Shown here: one piece after another, positions 46,074-54,910 of the stretch
Numbering within the stretch: position 1 is the first letter of the stretch
Layout of the letters: every line of letters begins with the position of its first letter
Source of the DNA: an uncultured Methanosarcinales archaeon
GTDB lineage: Archaea; Nanobdellota; Nanobdellia; Woesearchaeales; GW2011-AR15
Length of the DNA: 64,000 nucleotides
Assembly (NCBI GenBank): GCA_964512765.1
Contig: CAZEKF010000009.1
Span: 30-64,029 of the forward strand
Direction: 5' to 3'
Made by a program: the position numbers and the translations under genes
Notes under the pieces: generated by a model
The model's database searches: none
The model's input: only the letters and a program-made list of their open reading frames with translations
Told to the model about the DNA's origin: nothing

Positions 46074-47210
46074 TTATAACACCTGGTTAAGTTTTTCTAT
46101 GAATTCATCAATGTGTTCTTTTTTTATGATTAAAGGTGGAAGTAATCTTATTATACAAGGATCCATAGATGTTCCTACAATGACTCCTTTTTTCAATAGC
46201 TTTTCCTGAATTGGTTTTACTTTTTGATCAAATTTCAATCCAATTAAACAACCCATGCCAATTAATTTGATTGATTCTGGTAATTTTGATTTTAAATAGT
46301 CAAAAATTAAGTTTGAGTTTTCACACAATTTTTCATTGAGTATTGTGTTAAGAGTTGCTAACGAAGCTGCACATCCAAGTGGTGATCCGCCAAACGTTGA
46401 CCCATATTCTTCTTTTTTGACTGTGTATGTTATTTCTTGATATATTAAAACAGCACCCATTGGAAAACCAGAGGCTATTCCTTTTGCAGTTGTAATAATA
46501 TCTGGTTTAATACCATAATTCTGCCCAAAAAACATTTTACCAGTACGCGCAAATGTTTGAACTTCGTCAAAGATCAAAACAATGTTATTTTGTTTGCATA
46601 ATTTCTTTAATTTCAAAAAATATTTTTTATTAGCGGTTTTTACACCTGCTATGCTTTGAATTGGTTCTAGTATAATTGCTGCTGTGTTATCATTGATTAA
46701 CTGTTTAACAGATTCAATACTACCAAATTCAACAAATTTTACATTTCCAGGCAAAGTTTTGAATTGAGAGTTATATTTTTCAATCCCAGTTATGCTTAAA
46801 GATCCAAGAGTTCTTCCGTGAAATGATTCTTTCATTGAAATTATTTCTTCTTTGTTAGTAACTTTTCTAGCAAGTTTTATTGCGTTTTCATTAGCTTCAC
46901 TGCCTGAATTGCAAAAAAATACTTTGTCCATACCAGATACTTCAATTAGTAATTTTGAAAGTTTTGCTCTTGTTTCATTATAAACAGCATTTGAGTAAAA
47001 TATTAATTTCTCTGACTGTGTTTTAATAGCATCAACAATTTTAGGATGGCAATGACCTGTTAATGCAACTGCATGACCACCGTACAAGTCAAGATATTTA
47101 TTACCCTCTGAATCATAAACATACATACCTTTTCCTTTAGTTATCACTATAGGAAATTTGCTATATGTCTGAAGTTGATACTTGTCTTCTATTTTGATAA
47201 TGTGGTTCAT
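46074..47210 (-). CDS. argD: acetylornithine aminotransferase (class III PLP)
   Basis: Carries LYGGHAVALTGHCHP, DEVQTFARTGKMF and the TTAKG Lys region. Confidence 0.88.
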   Translation of the reverse strand: MNHIIKIEDKYQLQTYSKFPIVITKGKGMYVYDSEGNKYLDLYGGHAVALTGHCHPKIVDAIKTQSEKLIFYSNAVYNETRAKLSKLLIEVSGMDKVFFCNSGSEANENAIKLARKVTNKEEIISMKESFHGRTLGSLSITGIEKYNSQFKTLPGNVKFVEFGSIESVKQLINDNTAAIILEPIQSIAGVKTANKKYFLKLKKLCKQNNIVLIFDEVQTFARTGKMFFGQNYGIKPDIITTAKGIASGFPMGAVLIYQEITYTVKKEEYGSTFGGSPLGCAASLATLNTILNEKLCENSNLIFDYLKSKLPESIKLIGMGCLIGLKFDQKVKPIQEKLLKKGVIVGTSMDPCIIRLLPPLIIKKEHIDEFIEKLNQVL

Positions 47211-48184
47211 TTTAATCCTGTGGTTTCATCCAATCCAAACATTAAGTTCATGTTCTGGATCGCTTGGCCAGCGCCTCCTTTTATTAAATTATCAATTGCA
47301 CTAGTTACAATAACATGTTTTCCAGAAACATTAACAGCAATGTCACAAAAATTTGTGTTAATAACATTATTAACTTCAACAGAATCAATTATTCTTATGA
47401 AATAACTGTTTTTGTAATATTCTTTGTATAATTTTGTTATTTCTTCTTTTGACAATTCTTCCTTTAAATTAAGATAACACGTTGTGAAAATACCTTTTAC
47501 CAAAGAAATTGAATGTGGTGTAATGATTACTTCATGTTGAAGTTCCTGGCAAATTTCAGGTGTGTGTTGATGTTTGAATATCTTGTAAGCTTTTGCATTT
47601 TGAGCTCTTACTGGATGGTGTGTGTTAACAGAAGGCGTTTTGCCTGAACCAGAAGATCCTGTTAATGAATTAATAATTACATTTCCTTCAATTATGTTAA
47701 CTAATGGTTTGATACCTAGTATGGCTGATGTGGAAAAACATCCTGAATTAGCAATATACTGTGCATTTTTTATCTTTTTATTGTTAATTTCAGATATTCC
47801 ATACACAAATTTACTTTGTAACTCATGTGATGAATGCTTTGTTTTGTAATATTTTTCAAAATCCTGTTTTGACTTTATTCTATAATCACCTGATAAATCG
47901 ATTATTTTAACTTCAGGATATTTTTTTATTATATTAGGGATAAAATTCATTGAATATCCATGTGGCAATGATAAGAACACAATATCTATATTATCTAAAT
48001 CCTTGTCATATTTTGTAAATTCTAATTCTGTTTTTTTAAGTAAGCTTGGATAAATCTGTGATATTTTTTTACCAGCATTTGATTCAGATGTTACCTTAAC
48101 TAACTTTGCTTTAGGATGATTAAGTAATAGTTTTACTAAATTAATTCCAATGTACCCAGACCCGCCAATTATTGCACACTTCAT
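47207..48184 (-). CDS. argC: N-acetyl-gamma-glutamyl-phosphate reductase
   Basis: Carries IIGGSGYIG and the catalytic Cys in NSGCFSTS. Confidence 0.88.
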   Translation of the reverse strand: MKCAIIGGSGYIGINLVKLLLNHPKAKLVKVTSESNAGKKISQIYPSLLKKTELEFTKYDKDLDNIDIVFLSLPHGYSMNFIPNIIKKYPEVKIIDLSGDYRIKSKQDFEKYYKTKHSSHELQSKFVYGISEINNKKIKNAQYIANSGCFSTSAILGIKPLVNIIEGNVIINSLTGSSGSGKTPSVNTHHPVRAQNAKAYKIFKHQHTPEICQELQHEVIITPHSISLVKGIFTTCYLNLKEELSKEEITKLYKEYYKNSYFIRIIDSVEVNNVINTNFCDIAVNVSGKHVIVTSAIDNLIKGGAGQAIQNMNLMFGLDETTGLK

Positions 48185-49194
48185 TTTAACATCTCCTCAA
48201 TTAAATTAGCAAGTTTTTTACCATTAACTTGAGCATTTGCTGCTTTGGTGTTTAACATGTTATTAATATATTCAATTCCAACAGAAGTATCAGTTACTGG
48301 ACCAGTTAATATATCAATTTTCATGTCACGATCATTGAATAATTCACAAGAACCTTTTGCACCAACTAAATCATTTGCACACACAACATGGTTTTTTACA
48401 AATTTCATTAAGCTTTTATCAGATAAAATGTGTTTAACACCATATTCACCAAGTAACCCATCACCTAATTCAATAACAATATAATCTGATTTAACCTTGT
48501 TTAACTCTTTAATAATTGAATTGCAGGATTTTACAAGTTGATCTTTTGAAACATTAACTGTAGATGGTAAACCAGCGTCTAAAAACGACATTGTCTTAGC
48601 AGCACCGTTATCATGCATATCTAACGTATCTCTTAATAAACCAACACCAGTTAACTTTGCAGCTGCAATTTTATAACCTTTATAATGCAAATATTTGATA
48701 ATTTTACAAGCAGCTGTTGTTTTACCTGAATTCATACCTGTTGCAGAAATCATGATAATAGGAGCACTTGCCTTTAATGAATTGGAATTTAATGAATAAT
48801 CTTTGATATTGACTGGTTTACCATTCAATAGCACAGTTCCTAAAACTTTAACTTTTAAGGCTGTACCAACATCAATATTACCAGAAATTGATTTGCCAAT
48901 AACACCTCCAAGATTTAGTATGTTTAATGTGTCACCATTAGTGATTTTTTTAGGAACTACACCAACAAACCCGCCTTGGGCTTTTCTCTCACCTAATACA
49001 CCAATTATAATGTTACCTTTGATAATTTTAGACATTCTACCTGAAACAAGTTCCAATTTATTATACACAGATTTTTCTTCAAGTGCTTCAACAACAATTA
49101 GTGAACCTATTTCAGATTTTATTTTATCACCTATTTGAATTTCATTTGTAAGAGGTACATTCTTTGTTACAGATGCTATTTTATCTACTTTCAT
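48181..49194 (-). CDS. uncharacterised P-loop protein embedded in the arginine operon
   Basis: Has a beta-rich N-terminal ~140 aa. This is followed by the Walker A-like ISATGMNSGKTTAAC, then AAKLTGVGLL and DYIVIELGDGLLGEYG. Its start and stop overlap argG and argC. Confidence 0.75.
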   Translation of the reverse strand: MKVDKIASVTKNVPLTNEIQIGDKIKSEIGSLIVVEALEEKSVYNKLELVSGRMSKIIKGNIIIGVLGERKAQGGFVGVVPKKITNGDTLNILNLGGVIGKSISGNIDVGTALKVKVLGTVLLNGKPVNIKDYSLNSNSLKASAPIIMISATGMNSGKTTAACKIIKYLHYKGYKIAAAKLTGVGLLRDTLDMHDNGAAKTMSFLDAGLPSTVNVSKDQLVKSCNSIIKELNKVKSDYIVIELGDGLLGEYGVKHILSDKSLMKFVKNHVVCANDLVGAKGSCELFNDRDMKIDILTGPVTDTSVGIEYINNMLNTKAANAQVNGKKLANLIEEMLK

Positions 49195-50384
49195 TTTACA
49201 TCAACAGATTTTGCTAACTTGCTTTGTAATCCATATAACTTGCAGAATCCACGAGCATCACTTCCTGACCAAGCTGGGTTTTCTTCAGCGTACGTAGCAA
49301 TTTTTTGATTCATTAAAGAAAATTTACTTGAACAACCTTCAACAATAATATTTCCTTTGAACAGTTTTAGTTTAACTATGCCAGATACTTTATTTTGTAT
49401 ACTATCAATGAATGATTCAAGATCTTTTACTAAAGGATCATAATATTTAGCTTCATGCACTAAATCTCCATATAAGTTAGACAACTGGTTCTTCCAGAAC
49501 AATTGCATTTTAGTTAAAACTAATTTTTCTAATTCTTTGTGTGCTTTTATCAAAATTTGCATTGCTGGCGCTTCAACAACAATTCTTCCTTTAACACCTA
49601 TTATTGTATCTCCTAAATGTACTGTTTTACCTATTGCATGTTCTTTACCTATCTTGTTTAGATATTCAATTAGTTTTGGACCTGTTATTGATTTATCATT
49701 AACTTTAACAGGGATACCTTTGTTAAACTCAATAGTTAACTCTTCTGCTTGATCACTAGCTTCATTAAGAGGTTTAACTAGTTTATTAACTGAATCAGGA
49801 GGTAAACCCATTGAAACATTAGTTTCTTTGCCACCAATTGTTACTCCGATTAAACTTTCATTTATTGAATAGTCCTTTTTATTATTTTCATACTCAAATC
49901 CTTTTGATTTAAGGTATTCATACTCGTATTCTCTAGTAAGTTCTTCATCCCTGTACGGAGTAATAATTTTTAGTTCTGGAGCTAGCACAGAGAATGCTGT
50001 ATCATACCTTACTTGGTCACTTCCTGCACCAGTTGACCCATGTGCAATTGCATCTACATTTTCTTTTTTAGCTATTTCTACTATTTTTTCAGCTTGTATA
50101 TACCTTGATGCAGAAGCACATAGAGGATACACACCACCCCTTAGAGCGTTTGCTTTAATCAAGTAAGTAATAAATTTATCATAAAATTCTTTTTTGGCGT
50201 CAATTGTATAATGTTTTACAGCTCCTAGTTTATTTGACTTTGATTCATTCTCTATTAACTCTTTATTTGTGAATCCTCCTGTATCAACAGTCACGGTAAT
50301 AATATCTGCATTATATTTTTCTTTAAGATATGGAATACTAAAACAAGTGTCCAAACCTCCTGAAAAAGCTAATGTGATTTTCAT
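49191..50384 (-). CDS. argG: argininosuccinate synthase
   Basis: Carries AFSGGLDTC (PP-loop) and GSTGAGSDQVR. Confidence 0.93.
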   Translation of the reverse strand: MKITLAFSGGLDTCFSIPYLKEKYNADIITVTVDTGGFTNKELIENESKSNKLGAVKHYTIDAKKEFYDKFITYLIKANALRGGVYPLCASASRYIQAEKIVEIAKKENVDAIAHGSTGAGSDQVRYDTAFSVLAPELKIITPYRDEELTREYEYEYLKSKGFEYENNKKDYSINESLIGVTIGGKETNVSMGLPPDSVNKLVKPLNEASDQAEELTIEFNKGIPVKVNDKSITGPKLIEYLNKIGKEHAIGKTVHLGDTIIGVKGRIVVEAPAMQILIKAHKELEKLVLTKMQLFWKNQLSNLYGDLVHEAKYYDPLVKDLESFIDSIQNKVSGIVKLKLFKGNIIVEGCSSKFSLMNQKIATYAEENPAWSGSDARGFCKLYGLQSKLAKSVDVK

Positions 50385-50503
50385 TTTTTAACCTCCATAC
50401 ATTTTTTTAAGTGATAAATAGCTTTATTGAAATGGTTCTTACTCTGAACCTGGTTCTCAGCTACTGTACTTACAAGTATTTTTAATAGTTCTTTATCAAT
50501 CAT
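50381..50503 (-). CDS. possible 40-aa leader ORF coupled to argG
   Basis: The ORF is MIDKELLKILVSTVAENQVQSKNHFNKAIYHLKKCMEVKK. Its stop overlaps the argG ATG as ATGA. It has no SD of its own. Confidence 0.2.
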   Translation of the reverse strand: MIDKELLKILVSTVAENQVQSKNHFNKAIYHLKKCMEVKK

Positions 50504-50804
50504 TTTTAATCAAAAAACATTTAATAGGGTCAATGAACTAACTATAACCTTCTAGAATTCCTTAATGTGTATGTGTTCATTGTAAATCTAAGTTACTCCA
50601 ATGTTATATATAAATATGATGCCTGATTTGTAACAATATAGGACAATTATGTCTTAAATTAGACAAATTTATATATAAGTTATGCTTACAATATGTTATG
50701 GCAACTGAAAAACAAACAGAGTTATCATATTATATGGACATTAGCAGCTTTGTATTTAGCAATTTAATACTGCAACAATTACAAGGTTTTACTGTACAAC
50801 GAAC

Positions 50805-51425
50805 ATGAACATCACAAAACTAACTGAGAAATACATCTCAGACCATCCCAGTATAAAAGATTGTGTAATTAAAGGTATAATTAATTACTCTGCTTTAACT
50901 AGAGAAATTTGTGATTATCATATTATAGACAAGTTTGACGCTGTTTTAATAGCTTGCAGAAGATATTATTGGAAAATTAAGAAACAGGATAAGCATGAAA
51001 AAAAGATTATGGATCTTGTTAAGAATGTCAAACTAAGAATAAGGAACAAGATTATTGTAGCAATTATTGAAAAACCACGTGACATGGAAAAAATCTATTT
51101 ATTCCAGAAAAAAGTCAAGAAAAAAAAAGGTGACTTTAATTTAATTGAAGGTGAAGATACAATTACAATAATCACTAACAAAAATTATCTTGATGAAATA
51201 AAAGAATTGTTTAAATTAAAACTAATTAAAATAAATGAAAATCTCGTACAGATCACTATGATTTTTGATGAAAAAATTGAAACAACAGCAGGTGTTGTTG
51301 CGTATGTATATACTTTATTAGCAGAGAAAGGTATTAACATATACGAAGAAATAAGTTGCTGGACAGATTTAATGGTTATTATTGATGAAAAGGATTTAGT
51401 TAAAGCAATGGATGTTTTGAGTTGA
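50805..51425 (+). CDS. ACT-domain protein (predicted amino-acid-responsive regulator)
   Basis: C-terminal ACT-like segment ETTAGVVAYVYTLLAEKGINIYEEISCWTDLMVIIDEKDLVKAMDVL. It is divergent from the arg operon. Confidence 0.6.
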   Translation: MNITKLTEKYISDHPSIKDCVIKGIINYSALTREICDYHIIDKFDAVLIACRRYYWKIKKQDKHEKKIMDLVKNVKLRIRNKIIVAIIEKPRDMEKIYLFQKKVKKKKGDFNLIEGEDTITIITNKNYLDEIKELFKLKLIKINENLVQITMIFDEKIETTAGVVAYVYTLLAEKGINIYEEISCWTDLMVIIDEKDLVKAMDVLS

Positions 51426-51647
51426 ATAATATATAGCTAAAATGTATTTAGTACCTATTCATTACTTTATAATAGAAATAAAAAACATACAAATGAGTTT
51501 TTAATTTCAAAAACTACAAACCCTGAAACCTCTGAAATCAAAGGATTACATATAACAGTCGTTATGAGCAATTTTTCGGGCAACTTAACCACTGTATGAA
51601 GATAACAAAAAAACAAATTTATAAATTCGCTAATTTAACACAAAAAT

Positions 51648-52010
51648 ATGGATGCACAAGAACTATTGGTAGATCTAGCTATTGTTGGAGGATGTATTCT
51701 GGCTCATTTTGGTATATTGGCCAATAGAAATATAATCAGACCAGCTTTAAAGTTCAAATCTCCAAAATATGATAAAGTATCTTTGCAATTTGAACATGTT
51801 GTTCATCATGCGTCCAGTGCATTAGCGATTAGTGTTGCATTAAAATATTTAAAAATGGATCCAGAAAGCATACGTCTTTATTCTGTTGCAGCATCACTTG
51901 CAAAAGGAATTTACCATGATGGATTTCAAGAAGAAAAACCACAGCTAGATCAGCTTGTTTCTGATACAGTTGGTTGTGGAATTGGATATTATTTGATCTC
52001 TTCATTTTAG
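51648..52010 (+). CDS. small hypothetical (membrane?) protein, 120 aa
   Basis: ORF with hydrophobic N- and C-terminal segments. It is flanked by a ~20-bp inverted repeat. Confidence 0.5.
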   Translation: MDAQELLVDLAIVGGCILAHFGILANRNIIRPALKFKSPKYDKVSLQFEHVVHHASSALAISVALKYLKMDPESIRLYSVAASLAKGIYHDGFQEEKPQLDQLVSDTVGCGIGYYLISSF

Positions 52011-52146
52011 TTGCCCGAAAAACTCATCGCAATTTTTTTCCTTTCAGTCAGAAAACCGCTCCGAGCCCTCACTATTGAAATTAAAAATTTCCAAAACTTT
52101 TATAAAAACCATTCTAATTTTCATTGTTTAAGAGGGGGATTATAAT

Positions 52147-52959
52147 ATGGATGAACTTAAACAAAAAGCTAAATTAATTAGAAAAACAGTTGTTAAGATG
52201 CTTAACAAAGCTGGTAGTGGTCACACAGGTGGGTCGTTAGGTATGGCAGATATATTTACAGCGTTGTATTTTAAAGTCATGAAACATCATGATCCGAATG
52301 ATCCTTATAATAAAGATAGGGACAGGTTTATTTTGTCTAATGGACATGTTGCACCTACTTGGTATGCAGCATTGGCATATTCAGGATATTTTCCAGAAAA
52401 AGAATTAATGAGTTTAAGAGAGATTAATTCAAGATTACAAGGCCATCCACATTATCGTTCAGCACCAGGTGTTGAAAACTCAGCTGGTCCTTTAGGCCAA
52501 GGAATTAGTGTTGCAATTGGACATGCATTAGCAGCTAAACTTGATAAACTGGATTATACAGTATATTGTTCATTAGGAGACGGAGAATTGAATGAAGGCC
52601 AGGTCTGGGAAGCATTGATGAGCATTAACAAATTTAAGCTTAACAACCTAATATGTTTTGTTGATAGAAACGATGTGCAATTATCAGGTGATACTAAAGA
52701 TATTATGCCAATTGAACCTTTGAAAGATAAATTTGAAAGTTTTGGCACGAATGTTATCGAAGCAAACGGCCATGATTTTGATAAAATCATAAATGCGTTT
52801 GATTCTGCAAAAAACTCAGGCAAACCTTCTGTTATTATATTTAAAACAGTTATGGGTAAAGGTGTGTCGTTTATGGAAGGATCATATAAATGGCATGGAA
52901 TAGCGCCTGATGATGATCAATTAGCTAAAGCATTGGAGGAACTTGAAAATGGACAATAA
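52147..52959 (+). CDS. tktA-N: transketolase, N-terminal subunit
   Basis: Carries GSGHTGGSLGMADI and GDGELNEGQVWEA (ThDP-binding motif). SD AGAGGGGGAT lies upstream. Confidence 0.92.
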   Translation: MDELKQKAKLIRKTVVKMLNKAGSGHTGGSLGMADIFTALYFKVMKHHDPNDPYNKDRDRFILSNGHVAPTWYAALAYSGYFPEKELMSLREINSRLQGHPHYRSAPGVENSAGPLGQGISVAIGHALAAKLDKLDYTVYCSLGDGELNEGQVWEALMSINKFKLNNLICFVDRNDVQLSGDTKDIMPIEPLKDKFESFGTNVIEANGHDFDKIINAFDSAKNSGKPSVIIFKTVMGKGVSFMEGSYKWHGIAPDDDQLAKALEELENGQ

Positions 52960-53875
52960 ATCAGTAAGAGACGGATTTGGCAAAGCATTAGTAGAGTTAG
53001 GCAAAAAAAACAAAGACATTGTAGCGTTTAGTGCTGATTTAGCAGGTTCTGTTAGAACAAACTGGTTTGCTAAAGAATTTCCAGATAGGCATTTTGAAGT
53101 AGGTGTTGCTGAACAAAACATGATGGGAATTGCATCAGGGTTAGCTGCTAATGGTAAAATTCCGTTTGTGGGAAGTTTTGCTGTGTTTAACCCAGGTAGA
53201 AATTTAGACCAAATTAGAGCTAGTGTGTGTTATTCTAACATGAATGTTAAGATTATTGGAGCTCATGCAGGCATCACAGTTGGCCAGGACGGTGCAACTC
53301 ATCAAGCAATGGAAGATATTGCAATTACAAGATCTTTGCCTAACATGACAGTTATTGTACCTAGTGATTATAATGAAATGTATATTGCAACTATTGCAGT
53401 TGCTGAACATAAAGGTCCAGTATATATAAGATCTGGTAGGCCTAAGGTACCTGTTTTAACAGATGAAAATGCTAAGTTTGAGATTGGAAAAGTAGTTACT
53501 ATGAAGCAAGGTAATGATGTTACAATAATTGCATGCGGAATAATGGTTAGCAAAGCAATGGAAGCTGCTGAATTACTTGAAAAAGAAAATGTATCTGTTA
53601 GAGTTATTAACATGCATACAATAAAACCTATTGATAAAGATGCAATTGTTAAAGCTGCAAAAGAAACAAAAGCAATAGTAACAGCTGAAGAACATAATGT
53701 TATTGGAGGGTTAGGAAGTGCTGTTAGTGAAGTTGTAGTTAACACAAATCCAGTACCTATGAGATTTGTTGGGATTAAAGATACTTTTGGCGAGTCTGGC
53801 ACTGGTGACGAATTACTTGAAAAGTATGGATTAACAAGCAAAGATATTGTTAAAGCTGTGAAAGAGCTGATTTAA
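52943..53875 (+). CDS. tktA-C: transketolase, C-terminal subunit
   Basis: Carries FEVGVAEQNMMGIASGLA and the Pyr/C-terminal domains. Confidence 0.92.
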   Translation: MKMDNKSVRDGFGKALVELGKKNKDIVAFSADLAGSVRTNWFAKEFPDRHFEVGVAEQNMMGIASGLAANGKIPFVGSFAVFNPGRNLDQIRASVCYSNMNVKIIGAHAGITVGQDGATHQAMEDIAITRSLPNMTVIVPSDYNEMYIATIAVAEHKGPVYIRSGRPKVPVLTDENAKFEIGKVVTMKQGNDVTIIACGIMVSKAMEAAELLEKENVSVRVINMHTIKPIDKDAIVKAAKETKAIVTAEEHNVIGGLGSAVSEVVVNTNPVPMRFVGIKDTFGESGTGDELLEKYGLTSKDIVKAVKELI

Positions 53876-53877
53876 TA

Positions 53878-54162
53878 ATGCCAACAAGAGTAAATGCACA
53901 ACATATTCTAGTTAAAACAGAACAAGAAGCAAAAGATGTAATTGGACAATTAAACCAAGGAATTTCTTTTGAAGAACTTGCTAAAACTAAATCACAGTGT
54001 CCTTCTGGTAAAAAAGGTGGTAACTTAGGTTGGTTCAGCCACGGCCAAATGGTTAAAGAGTTTCAAAAAGTAGCTTTTAGTTTAAAAAAAGGCCAGATAT
54101 CACAGCCAGTTAAAACACAGTTCGGGTGGCACGTGATTAAAGTTAAGGATAGTAAAGGATAA
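53878..54162 (+). CDS. parvulin-type peptidyl-prolyl isomerase
   Basis: Carries HILV, GGNLGWF and FGWHVIKV. Length is 94 aa. Confidence 0.88.
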   Translation: MPTRVNAQHILVKTEQEAKDVIGQLNQGISFEELAKTKSQCPSGKKGGNLGWFSHGQMVKEFQKVAFSLKKGQISQPVKTQFGWHVIKVKDSKG

Positions 54163-54167
54163 AAAAA

Positions 54168-54788
54168 TCATTTCTTTTTTACTTCTTTTGCTGCTTCGTT
54201 TAACTCACTTTCAACTTTTTGTAACAAATTCTCAACTTTGTCATGCTCAGGAGGTTGCATGAAATGTACAAACATCATAACTGTTCTGTATAAAATAAAT
54301 AGTATGAAAATTGAAGCAAATGTTGTTGCAATTGATAAATTGTTTAGATCTACTAAAATGTCTGAATAAACAACAATAATGGCCATGTATGCTGTGAATC
54401 CAATTATTGACTTTGACGATGTTTTAAATGCAATGTTCCTAGGTAGTTTATGGTAAAAGTCAAAGATGCTCATAACAAATGCGTATATGACTATAAAAAC
54501 TATGAAATAGACCTTAATAGAATTCATAATCTGGTTGTTAACAATTAAATACCTTATCAGATCTACAGACACAAATAACAAGTACATTGTATTTTCTAAT
54601 GCAGCGTGATATCCCATATCTTCTCTAGGATACCTGCCAAAATAAAGTTCCATTAAAATAACAGTCCCAAACAGTGGAATAAGAATCCAGATCATGTCTG
54701 GATAATTAAGAGGCGCAAATAATATTTCGTCAAACTTTTGTTTTAAAGCAGGTAAAAATACAGTTATGCAATATGTTATAAAGTCCAT
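54168..54788 (-). CDS. integral membrane protein, unknown function
   Basis: Five to six hydrophobic helices. No motif recognised. Confidence 0.6.
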   Translation of the reverse strand: MDFITYCITVFLPALKQKFDEILFAPLNYPDMIWILIPLFGTVILMELYFGRYPREDMGYHAALENTMYLLFVSVDLIRYLIVNNQIMNSIKVYFIVFIVIYAFVMSIFDFYHKLPRNIAFKTSSKSIIGFTAYMAIIVVYSDILVDLNNLSIATTFASIFILFILYRTVMMFVHFMQPPEHDKVENLLQKVESELNEAAKEVKKK

Positions 54789-54910
54789 CTTTTTTAATTT
54801 TGATAGAAGTAATAGGTTAATTAATTTTTCTAATTTATTTAATAATATATTTAATGAGAATATCTTATTCTAATTAGATTTTTAAATAAGATATAATTTG
54901 GTAATAAAAA

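Noticed and set aside
52008-52146. 45-codon open frame after the TAG of ORF 51648-52010
   Set aside because: The length is within what chance allows, at roughly a few percent. The region also holds the tkt promoter and SD, so it is treated as non-coding.
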